From assembly GCA_015680685.1 (NCBI GenBank), contig MNCI01000268.1, positions 252,986 to 316,985 of the forward strand: 64,000 bases of DNA, read 5' to 3'. The position numbers and the translations under genes are program-made. Numbering within the stretch: position 1 is the stretch's first letter; every line of letters begins with the position of its first letter. The notes beneath the pieces are model-generated. The model worked only from the letters and a program-made list of their open reading frames with translations. It had not been told where the DNA came from and did no database searches. The DNA is from Gnetum montanum (Eukaryota > Plantae > Gnetophyta). Positions 1-13,049 of this stretch are shown here, in pieces.

Positions 1-239
1 GTGGAGGCACCCTAGTAATGTTATGCTTAGGTCATGATGTTGATGTCACTGAAGGGGAAATATGTATGACAATAGGCTCTTTTGGGGTTGAATGTCGTGG
101 TACCCATTTAGATTTTGGGATTGGGCACTAGCTGGTGGTACCTTGATGACAAATAGTTCCCTAGGAGGACTAGAACATTTGGTTGCTATAAACAAGGCAA
201 TGGTATAAGAGTTATTTTTGGAGTTCGAAGAGTTGGGCT

Positions 240-1330
240 CATTCAACCCTAGCTCTCCACAATCAATCACCTTCTGGAGATCATCTTTGAGGGCTATGCA
301 AAAATCAATGTCATGACCAACTAGTTGGTGATAATGGTAGAACCTATCAAGTCTAAATTACTTTGGTAGTTTTGGATCGTCTTATGTTGATATCGTTGGA
401 TCTCTCACTATGTCACAAAGACAATCATGCCTTTTGCAAGCTTCCTTAGACAACTACTTATGTTGAATACGACTATCTTTAAGTAATTTTTATATAAGCT
501 TAGTGGGCTTCATGGTCAACTTTGCATATTTAGACTTGTTCTTATGCTTGAAGTTTAATCTTGACTAGTTGGGGGTGGAGGAGGTAGATAGTTGAGATGA
601 GTTAGAAGATGCATTATTTGGAGGAAATTTTTGCCTCTCTACTAATTTCGTATCCTTGGATACTACATCCATAGTTGTTTGCATTTTTTTGGTCTTATCC
701 ATATCTTTCCTAGAGTACTGGTTCTTGTAGGCCACAAAGGTAGAATCATTACTAGCCTCTACAGCCTCTTCTATGTTCTTGATTTTTAAAAATACTTGGC
801 TTAGTGATTGAGTTCTAAATAGTAAATCTTTAACTTGATGAAGTCATTAACTACTCCCTTAAAAAATATCCAAGAGGTAGGTCTTAAATATCAGCTCAAG
901 AATCTCATTGAGTGTTGCATTCCATCTTTGAATGGTCCTTTGAATAGGTTCAAGTGGCCCTTGCCTCACTTTCATAAGTTTGTCAGGGGTCGTATTAGGC
1001 TTCAAGTTGGATTTGAAGCAGTTGAGAAATGGGAATATCAAGTCATCCAAGGAGGAGATAGAACGTCTAGGTAAAGAACCTCTAGGTAAGTTTTAGTACC
1101 AATATAAAGCCTTTTCTTTTAAGGACATAGGAAAAATGTGTAGTATAGTATGAGGCCATGCTTGGAATAGGAGGCATTCATACTATAAGATAATAAGGTA
1201 TGCAGTACAATATCCTTCACCATTGTATTTGGTAAAGCTCAGGATAGATATATCCATGGGTAAGGTTATTTGAGGAATAGTAGGGTTGATGGGATCATCC
1301 TAATAGAAGTCCATAACCTTTACCATTTGT
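240..1330 (-). pseudogene. gag: Degenerate Tat-type gag
   Basis: Manual translation: KYNGEG...KALYWY...SISSLDDLIFPFLNCF...LMKVRQGPLEPIQRTIQRW (retrotransposon gag), and RFYHYHQLVGHDIDFCIALKDDLQKVIDCGEL (Tat/Ogre-like knuckle). Stops and frameshifts present. Confidence 0.75.
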
Positions 1331-2319
1331 GTTGTGCTAGCATCTAGTTTTTGTAGCTTTTGAAGGTCTTCAATTAGTTGGAAGGCTTGATCCAAACCTT
1401 GTGAAGCTCCTAAGGGCTACACTTGTTGTTGGACAGTTGGTGGTTGTGTAACAAGCAATGGTATAGACTAAAAATCTCTTGTAGTTACCATTGTAGGAGG
1501 GTTAAATATGGAAAATGAGGTTTGCACTAGGGCACGAGGAACAAAGAGATTTTTGGAAATAAATGGGTTATGTGAAATGCTTGGAATTTGCATTCCAGAA
1601 GAAGGACCAGCCAAAATTGTAATAGGTTGATGCATGGTGGGAATTATTGGTAGAGGTTAAGGCATAGTAATGAAGGATGTCAAGGTGAATAGTGAGGTGA
1701 ACAAGGAAATGGATTGGGAACTTGAGCTTGTGGAGGTCATAGGGGGAGTTTGGTTCACTGCTGAAATGGGAGGCATAGAGCTGAACGTGGTCACCTCTAG
1801 GATAGATTATTAGAAAAGATCCCCTTGAACATATCTGGCTCAAAATTAGATCCCAAATCATCTTAATCCTCTAAGTGGAATCCTAAACTATCATTTTAAC
1901 TAAATTTACCATCCTCATATGCACTTACCAACTGTGCCAACAAGTACATGTAAAATTTAGATAATTTAATATGGTCATATGGGGAAGGGATGTATTCCTT
2001 TGCATCTTTGCAAGTTAATTCATAGTAGCACTTAGAGTCAAACTCTTTACATGGGATGGACAAACCTACTTATATTTGTGTGCATATAAAGTTATAGTAC
2101 TATTCATCAACATTTACATGCATCGAGCTGAGTCCTAATTACTTAAGGAAGTCCCTACACTTTGGTATGGTTGGGTCTTTAGGGTCATATACATGAGTAG
2201 ATTCTTGGTTTGAGGCCATGGAAATGATGTTGTAGTGTATGATGGTAGAAGTAAAAGGTATAATATAAGGTAAGCCACCTAAGTAGTTAAGATAGTGAAG
2301 GTTCTTTAGGGTTTTAGCA

Positions 2320-3260
2320 TTCTACATGATGGATTTTAGAAAATCCCAACACAGTTTGAAAAAGCTGGTGAAGAATAACATTGATTATGGAATTGCATGA
2401 TGGTCTTCTTAGCTTGCATGATGGGTTTTTAGCCCAGATGATGGGCTTTTAGGAAAAACCCAGGGTGGATGTCAAATTTTCAAATGAAAGTGAATGTAAG
2501 GCCACATAATGGATTTTTTGTCTACACAATGGGCTTTTCATCCACATGATGAATTTTTAGCCCACATGATGGGTTTTTAGCTCACATGATGGATTTTCAA
2601 CCGACACAATGGATTTTTGGCCCACACGATGGGCTTTTAGAAAAATCCAAATTTGGCTTCAAAGCTACAAATGAAGGTGAAGATAAGGCTACACAATGGA
2701 TTTTCTGTCCACATGATGGGTTTTCAGCCCACATGATGGATTTTTAGTCCACACGATGGGCTTTTGAAAAAATCCAAAATGAACTTCCAAGCTGCAAACA
2801 AAGATGAACACAAGGCTACATGATGGGTTTTCCATCCACATGATGGATTTTTAACCCACATGATGGACTTTCAAGAAAATCCAAAACAGATGCGAAAGTT
2901 GCAAATGAAGGTGAACATAGGACTACACAACGGATTTTTCATCCACATGATGGTTTTTAGCCCACATGATGGGCTTTCAAGAAAATCCAAGGTAGATGCC
3001 AAAGTTTTAAATAAAGGTGAATGAAGGGATACACAATGGATTTTCTATTCACATAATGAGTTTTCCATTAACAGAATGGGTTTTTAGCTCACATGATGGG
3101 CTTTTGGGAAAACCTAAGGCAAACATCAAAGTTACAAATGAAGGTGAACAGAGAGCCACATGATGGATTTTGTATTCACATGTTATATTTTCTATCTACA
3201 TGATGGATTTTTAGCCCACATAATGGGTTTTTAGCTCATAGAATGGGCTTTTGACAAAAT
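2320..3260. repeat. Tandem array of ~21-22 bp units (core CACATGATGGG-TTTT) in higher-order blocks of ~120-180 bp, in the Tat 5' UTR
   Basis: More than 25 visible copies of (g/t)cccacatgatgg(g/a)ttttt. Each block ends in gggcttt..aaaatccaa..aaagttgcaaatgaaggtgaa. Confidence 0.95.
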
Positions 3261-3360
3261 CCAAAATGGACTTCTATTGGACAAGGTGAGTTCACAAGTC
3301 AAAGAATAACATTTGAAGAGGAAATTCATAATGGATTTTAGCAAACAAGTTGGGTGGAGG

Positions 3361-3377
3361 TCCTCCTTCTAGTGCCA
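3361..3377 (-). promoter_or_regulatory. Primer-binding site complementary to tRNA-Asn 3' end
   Basis: Minus strand reads TGGCACTAGAAGGAGGA next to the LTR end. Plant tRNA-Asn ends ...CCTCCTTCTAGCG(CCA). Confidence 0.8.
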
Positions 3378-4029
3378 AAAAACTATAGTGATGGAACATT
3401 CTAACATTGGAAAATTGAAAGATTTCATATGAAGTAGTTCAACTCATAGATTTGTGGGCCTTGAAAAGGATCCAAAGTGCCATGGGTAGTCTTTCTGATC
3501 ACCCAGGGACATGGAAATTCTATTACTGAATTTGATTAAATGTAAGTAAAAAATGTACTAAGAGTTTTTAAAATAAGATTACAATATTGAATACAAGGAT
3601 AAATGAAACAAGAGAATAACAGGCCAAATAGAAATGGTGATAAATCTTATTTTAAATAGAAAATATTAACAAATATGAGAATCAAGGGTTTGATAATATA
3701 GATCAAGGCTTACAAGCCTAAAAAATCAATGTATCTATTATGATCTAGTGCAGCTGGTAGAGTGTGTCCTATGTGGAACCTAGGATTTTCTCCCAACTTG
3801 ATTTACAACTCTCCCAATTAGCGATGTATGGTGTTTCCAAGATGTTGCTAAAATATACTATCAAATCTCTACCAAGTGATTACTACAAAAATTTCCCTAC
3901 AAAAGTTCTAAATGTGATCTTGGATATGGCATTTATAGATTTTGAATCTACAATGCTCACATCTATTACAATATTGAGCATTACGAATAGCTTCCTGGTG
4001 AATGTGTAGTGTGTAGATTGAAGGCCCAA

Positions 4030-4448
4030 GTCTCACACATTGGGCTCACATGTTGGCCATCATGTGGAACTACACCATCCATCATGTGGAGCTATCCAAG
4101 TTACACATGATGACCTCACATGTTGTCCATCATGTGGAGCTACATCACCCATCGTGTGGAGCTACCTAGGTTCCACACGTTGTCCATCATGTGAAGCTAC
4201 ATCACCCATCATGTGGAGATACCTATGTCCCACACACTAACCTCACACACTATCCATTATGTGGGGTTGCATCACCCATCATGTGGAGCTATCCAAGTCC
4301 CATACAGTGACCTCACACACTATCCATTATGCGGAGCTACATCACCCATTGTGTGGAGTTGCCTAGGTCCCACACGTTGAGCTCACATAGTGTCTATTTT
4401 GTGGGCCTACATCATACATTGTATGGAGATACCTAAGTCACACACACT
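4030..4448. repeat. U3 repeat array of the Tat LTR (core CCCATCATGTGGAGCTAC), continuing at 10217-10320 after the SIRE insertion
   Basis: Repeated ccatcatgtggagctac units. The array resumes immediately after TSD ACACT at 10217. Confidence 0.9.
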
Positions 4449-7400
4449 TTTGGATCATTAAACTTAGAAGAAGAGGGTGGGGGGATGAATAAGTTCTCCA
4501 AATTAAAACTTTGCAAAAAAAAAAGCACACACATACTAAATTGAACATGGTTCCCCAACTTGGATAGTGCACACTCAAAGGTTAGATCATACTTTGTTGC
4601 TCTCAAATGTGGTTGAAGGGTCCACATCCTATATAATCTTCAAGCCTCAATTCAGAGTGCTATGTTGCAACACCATCCACTCAACCTTGTAAGATCCTGT
4701 CAAGCTTGAAATGTGGTTTCTAGGGTTCCACAACCTTTACAACCTTGATCTCCACTCCAAAGTGTTATACCATAACACCAACAACTCAATCCCATAGGAT
4801 CTTAACAAGCTCAAGCAAGATGCCTTCTCACAAGAAGCGCATCAACCCCATAGGATAATAAGAGAACACCAATTAGAAGGGATGAATGCAACTTAGTTTG
4901 TTGATCCTTGTACTTTGAGTTATAGCACACTTTACAATGAACAAATGATGATACAATGAATAGAAATAGATATTACAATGATAAATAAATTATTTTACAA
5001 TGATTGTACACAAGCTTGCACATTTCCTAATGCATATGATGTCTTCTTATAGCTATCATATTTCTAAATTAATCTTGGAACTCATGTAATGGCTAGCCAA
5101 TGATCACTAATAGTCATGGAATACATCTTCTTTGTGCCTAAGATGTCTTTTTGAATTTGCATTCTATTCTTGGAAGATGTCTTTGTTTGGGAAAGACATC
5201 TTTGTTTGATGGGAGACATCTTTCTAAATCTCTCTTGCATTCTATTGAGACTTCTTTCTTTGGTGAATATGTCTTTTTCTATGTTCACTTCAATTCTACC
5301 AAAACATCTACTATTTTTGAAAGATATCTTTCTTCAACTTTCTTTATCCTTTGAATTCATCATTCCTTGTTCACAACCTTGATCTTCTACATACTTTAAT
5401 GATGATAACTTTTCTTGTACAGTATTTTGTCCTTGTCCATGTTCTTTGGAATTCTTTCATGTTCATTTGAGACCTTGTGGATGATCTTCTTCCTTCGGCT
5501 CTAGACGAGTTCATTTCTTGTCATCTATGTAGGCTTTAGCTCATCTTGGTTTCCCATGTACGTAGACTTACAAACACAATAATCACACAATCATGCAAAT
5601 AACCTTTGATTCCATTTTACTTAACGTTTTGACATACTAAAAGATCCAAAATCTCCCCCTTTTGGTGATTTTTAAAACTTAAGAAAATGGGTTAATGATC
5701 ATACAAATATAACCATACTACTCTTCCCCTTTTTGAATAATAGCAAAAAAGAGAAAGGACAAAAACTTGATTGAAAAAATAATTTTCAGGCAATATCCAG
5801 AACCAAACATCATGACATAATAGTGAAGTAAGAAAATAAATTTAAGAAGTCCACATTTTCAACACTAGGTTCCATGAATAGTTGCCCTTAATTTGTCAAG
5901 AATTGATCCAAGCCTTCCAAGTGATATTCCAACTTAAAGGTTGAAGTGAAGTATAAACTTTGACAATCAAGTAACCTATATCTAAATCAATAAGTCATTA
6001 GTAGTACATGATGCTTTTAGTGTTCAATAATTAACCATCCTTAAAAAGTATTAGCAAAATATTAGGACATATCTGATAAGGAGAATACATCTTCATAATG
6101 TAAGAGCAACCATGCCATATTTTAAAATCTTAAGCTAGAAAGTAACATCTCAAGGCAAACTACTCAAAGGATGTTTCAATAAAAATTGTGGATATTTTTC
6201 CAAAATTAGAATGATCATGTGCTTGCTCATATTTTTGTAAGGAATAACATCACTATTTGCATTTTTTCTTAAAGATATATGTACTTCTTACTTTAGCTTA
6301 TGCTTGAGTATCAAATAGGTAGGTTAATGATATATTAATACTTGCTCTTATCAAATCAAAATAAGGATCTAAAACTAACCAACAAGAAACCAACAATACA
6401 TGATTTGATGTTAAAGACCAAGTATAGATTAAGTAGCCTATCTAAATATCTCATAAGAACTTGTATCTTTATATTCAACCAAAAATTTGGAAAACATCAA
6501 CACAAAGGATATGAAAGTCATGAAAGAAACATGCATATTTTGCTTTTTGTACAAGGTAATGTCACAAACACAACCATTTTTTAAAAATGAAATGATAATC
6601 ATGACAAAGGATATCACAAATTTAAGACTCCGTGATCCACTTAAAAATACCTCTTGATGTCCTTATCTTGCTCATTTTGGAGTATTTTGCTATTTTAGTG
6701 TCTCTTGGTTGAAGTCTCCAAAGACTTCCCCTACATTGATGATCTCCAAGATGGTGATGGATAATGAGGAATAGGCTTCCCCTACACATGTGCTACTTAT
6801 CTTGGACTCATAGTATACAAATATTGTAAATCACAAACACACTACAACTGTAGGTCAACATTAAGCTCAACTATGGAGACTAAGATCTCCAATTAGTAAT
6901 ATTGATAGGAATGTCTTATCTTATAAATAGAAAAAATATCCCAAAGGCCATGAGCTTAGAAGTAGATCATCATAATGATTTCAGATTAAACATGAAAAAA
7001 AATCAATAAGATAATGATCAAAATCAGTGCTACACACATATTTCCATAGAGCCAGTTATATCAAGCTCAAGAATGAATGTAAGGGATTCTTTAAAGAATT
7101 GTTCTAACACTTTTCAAAACATAAAAAATTTTGGACTTTTCAAATCATGTTCTTATTTACCTAGCAAGCAAAGAGATGAAAACTTACCTTGACTTACCTT
7201 GCTTGCTAGGGAGAATAGAAGATTAATGGAGTTTGAGATGAGGTTTACTATCACAAAGTACTTCCTCATCCTTTGGTTCTCTCTCATTAGATTGTATATG
7301 TGATGTTTCTATTTGCTCATGCTCTTTATGATAGAACCTTTAAGCACTTATTGCATCATTTTCAATTCTTCAACTCTCTTCATTCTCATGTATTGGTACC

Positions 7401-10216
7401 TGCACAATTTCCTTACGAAAGCCTTTTTAACAAGACCAAGAATTAATCTTATTTTGATAATCATGAGTATAGTTAAGAGTTTTCTAACAACCACAATTTT
7501 TACATGCAATGAAGTATTATCCTCATTATCAAAATTATCAAACCTTACTATGCTTGAGCTTGAGCTTTAATCTTCATGTGTTGCTTCCTCTAAATTCTTT
7601 GGCTGATTTTTAGGAGTCTCCTCTTCTTGAACCTTGCTGCAATCCTTATTAAAAGAGGTTAGTGGTTGAATCTTAGCTTTTATGTTTGAGATCTCTTCTT
7701 TCACTTTAGCATGAATAACATCTAGCTTATAGAGTACTAATTTCTTTACCTTCCTAATAAAATGATGCAAAAGAAAAATGTCTCCTTTAAATTCACTATA
7801 CCTCTTATTACACTTACCATCTTGTTTAGTCATATGTGAGGAAGTTTCATCTATAAGCACCATGCACATGAGATGTGAATCTTTGGAAGAATTACATTCT
7901 TCTTCCTCACTTTATTCACCATCATTCCAACTTGTATAAAAGTTGGTCTTTTTGGTTTCTCATCTTTGGATCTATTCTTTGGTTGGACCATGCTATCATT
8001 TGGATCACTAGGACATTTGAAGGCCATATGGCCTCTTCCTCCACAAACCCAAAATTATATAGAAGAGAAATCTAAGTTAAAAGCATTTAAAAAGATTTTA
8101 CCTCTATCTCTACCTTTGAAAAGATTGGGCCTTTGCTAAGAGGCTCCCTTGTTTCTTCTTGTAAGCAATCATTGTAGTTTTCTTGAGAGAAGGCCAATCT
8201 CATCTTCACTACCCTCATCATGCTCATTTTTCTCCTTCTCCTTAGAGGCAGTCTTTAGTGCAATAGGTCTTTCTTGGATCGCTCTTTCTCTTATGAGATT
8301 CATTTCATAAGAAATGAAAGAACTTTGAAGCTCTTCAAATTTCAATGTTAAGAAATTTCTAATTTCCTCTGTAACTATGACCTTTGATCTAAACTTTGGT
8401 TGTAGAGTTCTAATCATTTTGATGGTAACATCACTTTTAGGAAAATCTTTTCCTCTTTCTCTAATAGCTGCAACAAGATCATTAGCTCTAGAAAAATAAT
8501 CCTTTATTTTATCACCTTCTCTCATTTTGACTTTATCGTACTCACTTTGTAAAACTAATAATTTTGATTGCTTAACAATAGATGTTCCCTCATAGATATC
8601 TTCTCAAGTTTGCCAAATTTCTTTGGCCATTGTAGATCCTACTACTTGATTAAATTGATATTTATTCAATGCACAATATAAACATTTTTTCTTTTGAATA
8701 AAACATAAACTTATCCTTTTCCTGTTATGTCCATTTTTTGTGAGGCTTGGTGATGCTAGTGGAGCTATCAACAGGTGGAGCATAGCCTTCAAGGATTGAC
8801 TCCCACACTTCAAATTCCATGGATTTGAAGAAACCTTTCATTCTAACTTTCTATTAGGCAAATTTGAATATGTCAAACATGGATGGCTTTGTGTATGATA
8901 TCCCCTCCATTGTTCACTCTTGAAGTTTATGATGATAAAAAGGAGTACCAAGCTCTAATACCACTTGTGGATCATTGAACTTAGAAGGGAGGGGGATGAA
9001 TAAGTTTCCCAAATTAAAACTTTGTACAACAAAATCACACGCACACACTGAATTTAATGTGGCTTCCCAACTTGGATAGTCCACACTTGGAGGATAGATC
9101 ATTAGCACACCTCCAAACTTTGTTACTCTCAACAATGATTAAAGGGTCCACACCTTATATAATCTTCAAGACTTTCTTCAGAGTGCTATGCCGCAACATT
9201 AGCCACTTAACCCCATAAGGCCCCATCAGGCTTGGAATGGGGTTTCTAGGCTTCAACAACCTTTACAACCTTGAGCTCCACTTTAAAGTGTTGTACTGTA
9301 GCACTAATAACTCAATCCCATAGAATCCCAACAAGCTCAAGTAAGATGCCTTTTAGTAAGAAGCACATTAACCCCACAAGAAAATAAGAGAACAACAATT
9401 ACAAGGGATGAATGCAACTTAGTTTGCTTATTCTTGTACTTTGAGGTACAACACACTTTACAATGAAAAAATGATAATACAATGAAGAGCAACAGATATT
9501 ACAATGATAAAAAAATGATTTGACAATGATTGTACATAAACTTACATATTTCCCAATGCATATGATGTCTTCTTATAGTTATCATGTTTCTAAATCCATC
9601 CTGGGACTCATGCAATGACAAGCCAATGGTCACTAACAATCATGGAAGATGTCTTCTTCATGCTTGAGACATTTTTTTTGAATTTCCCTTCTATTCTAGG
9701 AAGACATCTTTGTTTGGAAAAGACATCTTTGTCTGATTGGAGACGTATTTTTGAATCTGGCCTACAGTTTATGGAGACATCTCCCTTTGGTAAAATATCT
9801 TTGCCTAGGAAAAGACTTCTACTATTTCTTGAAGATGTCTTTGCCTACGTTCACTCTAATTCTGCCAAGACATCTATTATTTCCTAGAGATGTCTTTCAT
9901 TAACTTTCTTTATCCTTTGAATTCATCATTCCTTATCCACAACCTTGATCTTCCGCATGCTTTAATGATGACATTTGTGCTTGTATAGTAGTTGGTCCTT
10001 GTTCACATTCTTTGAAATTCTTGTATGATCATTTGAGATCTTGTGGATGATCTTATCGCTTGGGCTCTAAACCAATTTATTTCTTATTATCTATGTAGGC
10101 TTTAGCTCATCTAAGTTTCTTATATATGTAGACTTACAAACACAATAACCATACAACCATGTAAACAATCTTTGACTCCATTTTACTTAACTTTTTAACA
10201 TACCAAAAGATCCACA
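4449..10216 (-). mobile_element. Ty1/copia SIRE (Sirevirus) element, non-autonomous (gag only); LTRs 4449-5650 and 8966-10216; TSD ACACT
   Basis: Two similar ~1.2 kb LTRs with TGTGGATC...GATCCACA ends. TSD acact at 4444-4448 and 10217-10221. iMet PBS TGGTATTAGAGCTTGG (8948-8963). PPT AAAAAGGGGGAGAT (5651-5664) plus a second PPT at ~5722. C-rich U5 signal and palindromic GAAGACGTCTT-derived repeats in the LTR. Confidence 0.93.
7300..8910 (-). pseudogene. gag: Degenerate SIRE copia gag
   Basis: MEGISYTKPSMFD...KVRMKGFFKSMEFEVW, CALNKYQFNQVVGSTMAKEIWQT and MREGDKIKDYFSRANDLVAAIRERG...LKFEELQSSFISYEM (copia gag, UBN2-type). No pol follows. Confidence 0.85.
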
Positions 10217-10679
10217 ACACTAACTTCACAGGCTACCCATCATGTGTAGTTGCCTAGGTGCCACACGCTAACCTCACATGTTGCCCATTGTGTGAGGCTG
10301 AGATGCCCATAGTATGAGGTTAAAATGTCAAATTTTCATAGCCTACGAAGCCTCTTTAGCTTCCACAAGTTGGCATATATATAATTTTCATCTTGTGAAG
10401 CATTATTTATCCTTACACAAGCTGGAGGACATGACACTTATGGCTTATGAGGCATTTTTAACATTCATGAGCCAAGATGCATGGGATTTGTAGCTTGTGG
10501 ACTGCAAATCTTATTTGTTCATTGAGAAATTCCTTGGAACTATTGGTACAAGGTCACAATATAGGGTCTTTTAGAAAATTGGGCAATTGTATCCACCTTT
10601 ATTTTCACCAAATTACAATGAAAAATTAGGCGATAAACCTTTACATCACAACATGAAGTTTTCCTTGAGGTGTTTCACA

Positions 10680-11507
10680 TGGAAAGGAGAACATATTCCT
10701 ATCCTTCTCATTCTCCTTAAACTATTTTTTAATTTCAAGAAATATGAGTTATGGTAGGTTGATAGGGAGTTTCTTACTTAGAGCCATACATGCCCTAGCA
10801 AAAAAGGTTGTAACCTTACTTGGCCTCACCATTAGATTGAGTTGATAAGTTGCAGTCTTAAAGTAGACTCTCTTTGCCTTTATTAGGACATCGTGCTTCT
10901 TATGATCCATTCCATAGCATCACTAGACCCACTTCTTCCTTGCCTCTAGGTTTATCTACATGGATATTTCTACCAAATTTACTCTATTGTTTGGTAGATT
11001 GAGAGATTTTGTAGTGGCTTCAACCAAGTAGAAGATGTTGATGTCCTTGATTTTAACTAATGCATCTTTTTGTCAACTATTCTAAAAGATTTAATTTTTT
11101 TCCATGTACCATTCCCCACAATTGGATAGAATGGATTACATAGGAGACTCTTGCAACTATTTCTTGATCTCTTCCACTATCATTTTCAAGAATGATCCAA
11201 AATTTAACTCTTATAGGATGGAATTTTTGATCTCCTTGGTTTGAATCCTCTCCAAGAAGGCTTTTGTGATCATGACCTTTAAGTTAGATCTTGGTCTTGG
11301 AACCTCATCCTACTTGGATTGACCTATCTCTATAGAAGAAATTTGCCTAACAAATTCCACCTTGGGCTTCTCCTAAAGAGGCCTAGTAATGTGCATAGCT
11401 TTAGCCACTCATTCCTATGATGCTTGTTGTTGCTAGGTCCTTCCTTAGGATTGCTTCTTCTTATTCGACAATGACCCTCCTACCTATGGTCCTCTTTTAG
11501 GTGCTAT
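10680..11507 (-). pseudogene. env-like extra ORF of element C (N-terminal part, truncated by Tat insertion)
   Basis: Manual translation VMITKAFLERIQTKEIKNSIL*ELNFGSFLKM...LQESPM*SILSNCGEWYMEK...LP*LIFLEIKK...FSFPC aligns with the A extra ORF. Start is ttgtag|ATA(G)GCACCTAAA. Confidence 0.8.
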
Positions 11508-13049
11508 CTACAATTACAAACATAGTCTGAGATTAGCCCTTGGTCATAACCTTTGTTTTCTTTAGATACCTTTCTTGTTATATTATTAAGTTCTTATTCA
11601 TTGATTAAAATATTATGATATTATTTTATTATTATTTTATTCATATTCTATTGAAGTTTGATTATTTGATATTAACTCTTGTGATCATTAATTTAATATT
11701 ACTTTATTATCTTTTTTATGAAAGATAGAAAAATTCTAAAGAATTTTCTATGTCAAAACATAATTTTGAAGCTCCCATGAAGTAAACCATATCTATGGAA
11801 GTTCAAGGATTGAAGAATGAATGAATTTGAATAAGCTATTTGCAAGTTGGAACTCTTTGAAGAAACGGTAAAAAATAAGCTAAGTCTTGCACACAGTTAT
11901 AGTAATTTTGCTATATGTTGATGGAGATGCATCGACTCATCCCATCATGTCAACGGGGATGTGTCAACAAAACTATTCTTAAATATATTTTTCACTTGGA
12001 AAATGGAGGAATTTCAAGTGATTTTTGGAATGAAACAAAAGCCAAATGGAAGTAAAAAAGATGAAGAATAATAGCAACAACATGATCACATACTTTATCA
12101 AGGATCCATTTCTTCATTCTACCATCAAAAAGATGAAGAATAATAGCAACAACATGATAGAAGGTATTTCTTTACAAAATGGATCCTAATAACCTCACAT
12201 TAACATGTTCCTTTTCTTCTACCATCAATAGTCTAGGAGAATCATAGAGGACAACCTTCACTCCAAGAGAAGAAGAAAAGAAAAGAAGTAAAAGGGTCTT
12301 TATTAGAGGGGTTCCTTTAGGCATGGGTAACATGTCTTTTTAGCCCCATAACCATCGCGTGTAGTCCATGAAGTTTCTAAGGCATATGCTTTGAATTTTT
12401 ATTAGTTTTATTGTTGTTTGTTTTCTATGGGAACCAAATGCTTCCTGTTATTATTAATAGAAATGATGGTATACCAATGAGTCATAGACTTAAGAAGGAA
12501 GTTGGGACTAGGTCATATCAAATCCCCTTGAGATGACACCATTTTTCATCCTACTTGATCCTTTCCTAGTTCATTGGGTAACAAGATCACATGTTACTTT
12601 TAGGTTTAATGTGAGATAACCTTCATAGTTCCATGATATAGACTCCAGATGGAATAGATGGAATGGGTGGATGTCATGAGATTATTGCCTAACACCACAA
12701 GAAAACTAATAAATTTTTAGTAGAGAATATAATCCAAGAACAAAATTTTCCTATTCTAAATCAATCAAAATTTCTATAGTTACATTCAAAGCATTTTAAA
12801 ATTTCCACAGTATCAGTGGAACAAAATTTGAAATTTCAAATAAGACTACTTTTTTAAAAATAAGAAATAATAATAAAATGAAAAGATACAAAATAATCAA
12901 TAAAAAAATTAATAAAATAGAGGAAATATAAAGAAACTTATAAAATAAAAAGTGAAAAATTGGTTATCCTCATCAAGATTTTACAATAGATGGAGATCTC
13001 CTCTATGAGTAAGTTAGAAGGAGAAGATCTGAAAAATGGAGTATACCTA

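Larger units (their letters stand above)
1..10679 (-). mobile_element. Ty3/gypsy Tat-lineage LTR retrotransposon, 5' part (5' LTR ~3384-10679 interrupted by SIRE element; runs off left edge)
   Basis: Minus strand: tRNA-Asn PBS, LTR TATA (ctataaat, ~3931-3938), gag with Tat-type knuckle. The LTR start TGTGAAACACC at 10679 coincides with the break in the env-like ORF of element C. Confidence 0.75.

Noticed and set aside
2320-3260. Regular repeat array resembling a CRISPR array
   Set aside because: Units are contiguous and degenerate with no unique spacers, there are no cas genes, and the context is a eukaryotic retrotransposon UTR.
10601-10617. TGTAATTTGG as the Tat LTR start
   Set aside because: The env-like homology of element C breaks at 10679/10680, where another TG start occurs, making that boundary more parsimonious; it remains unconfirmed because the partner LTR lies outside the window.
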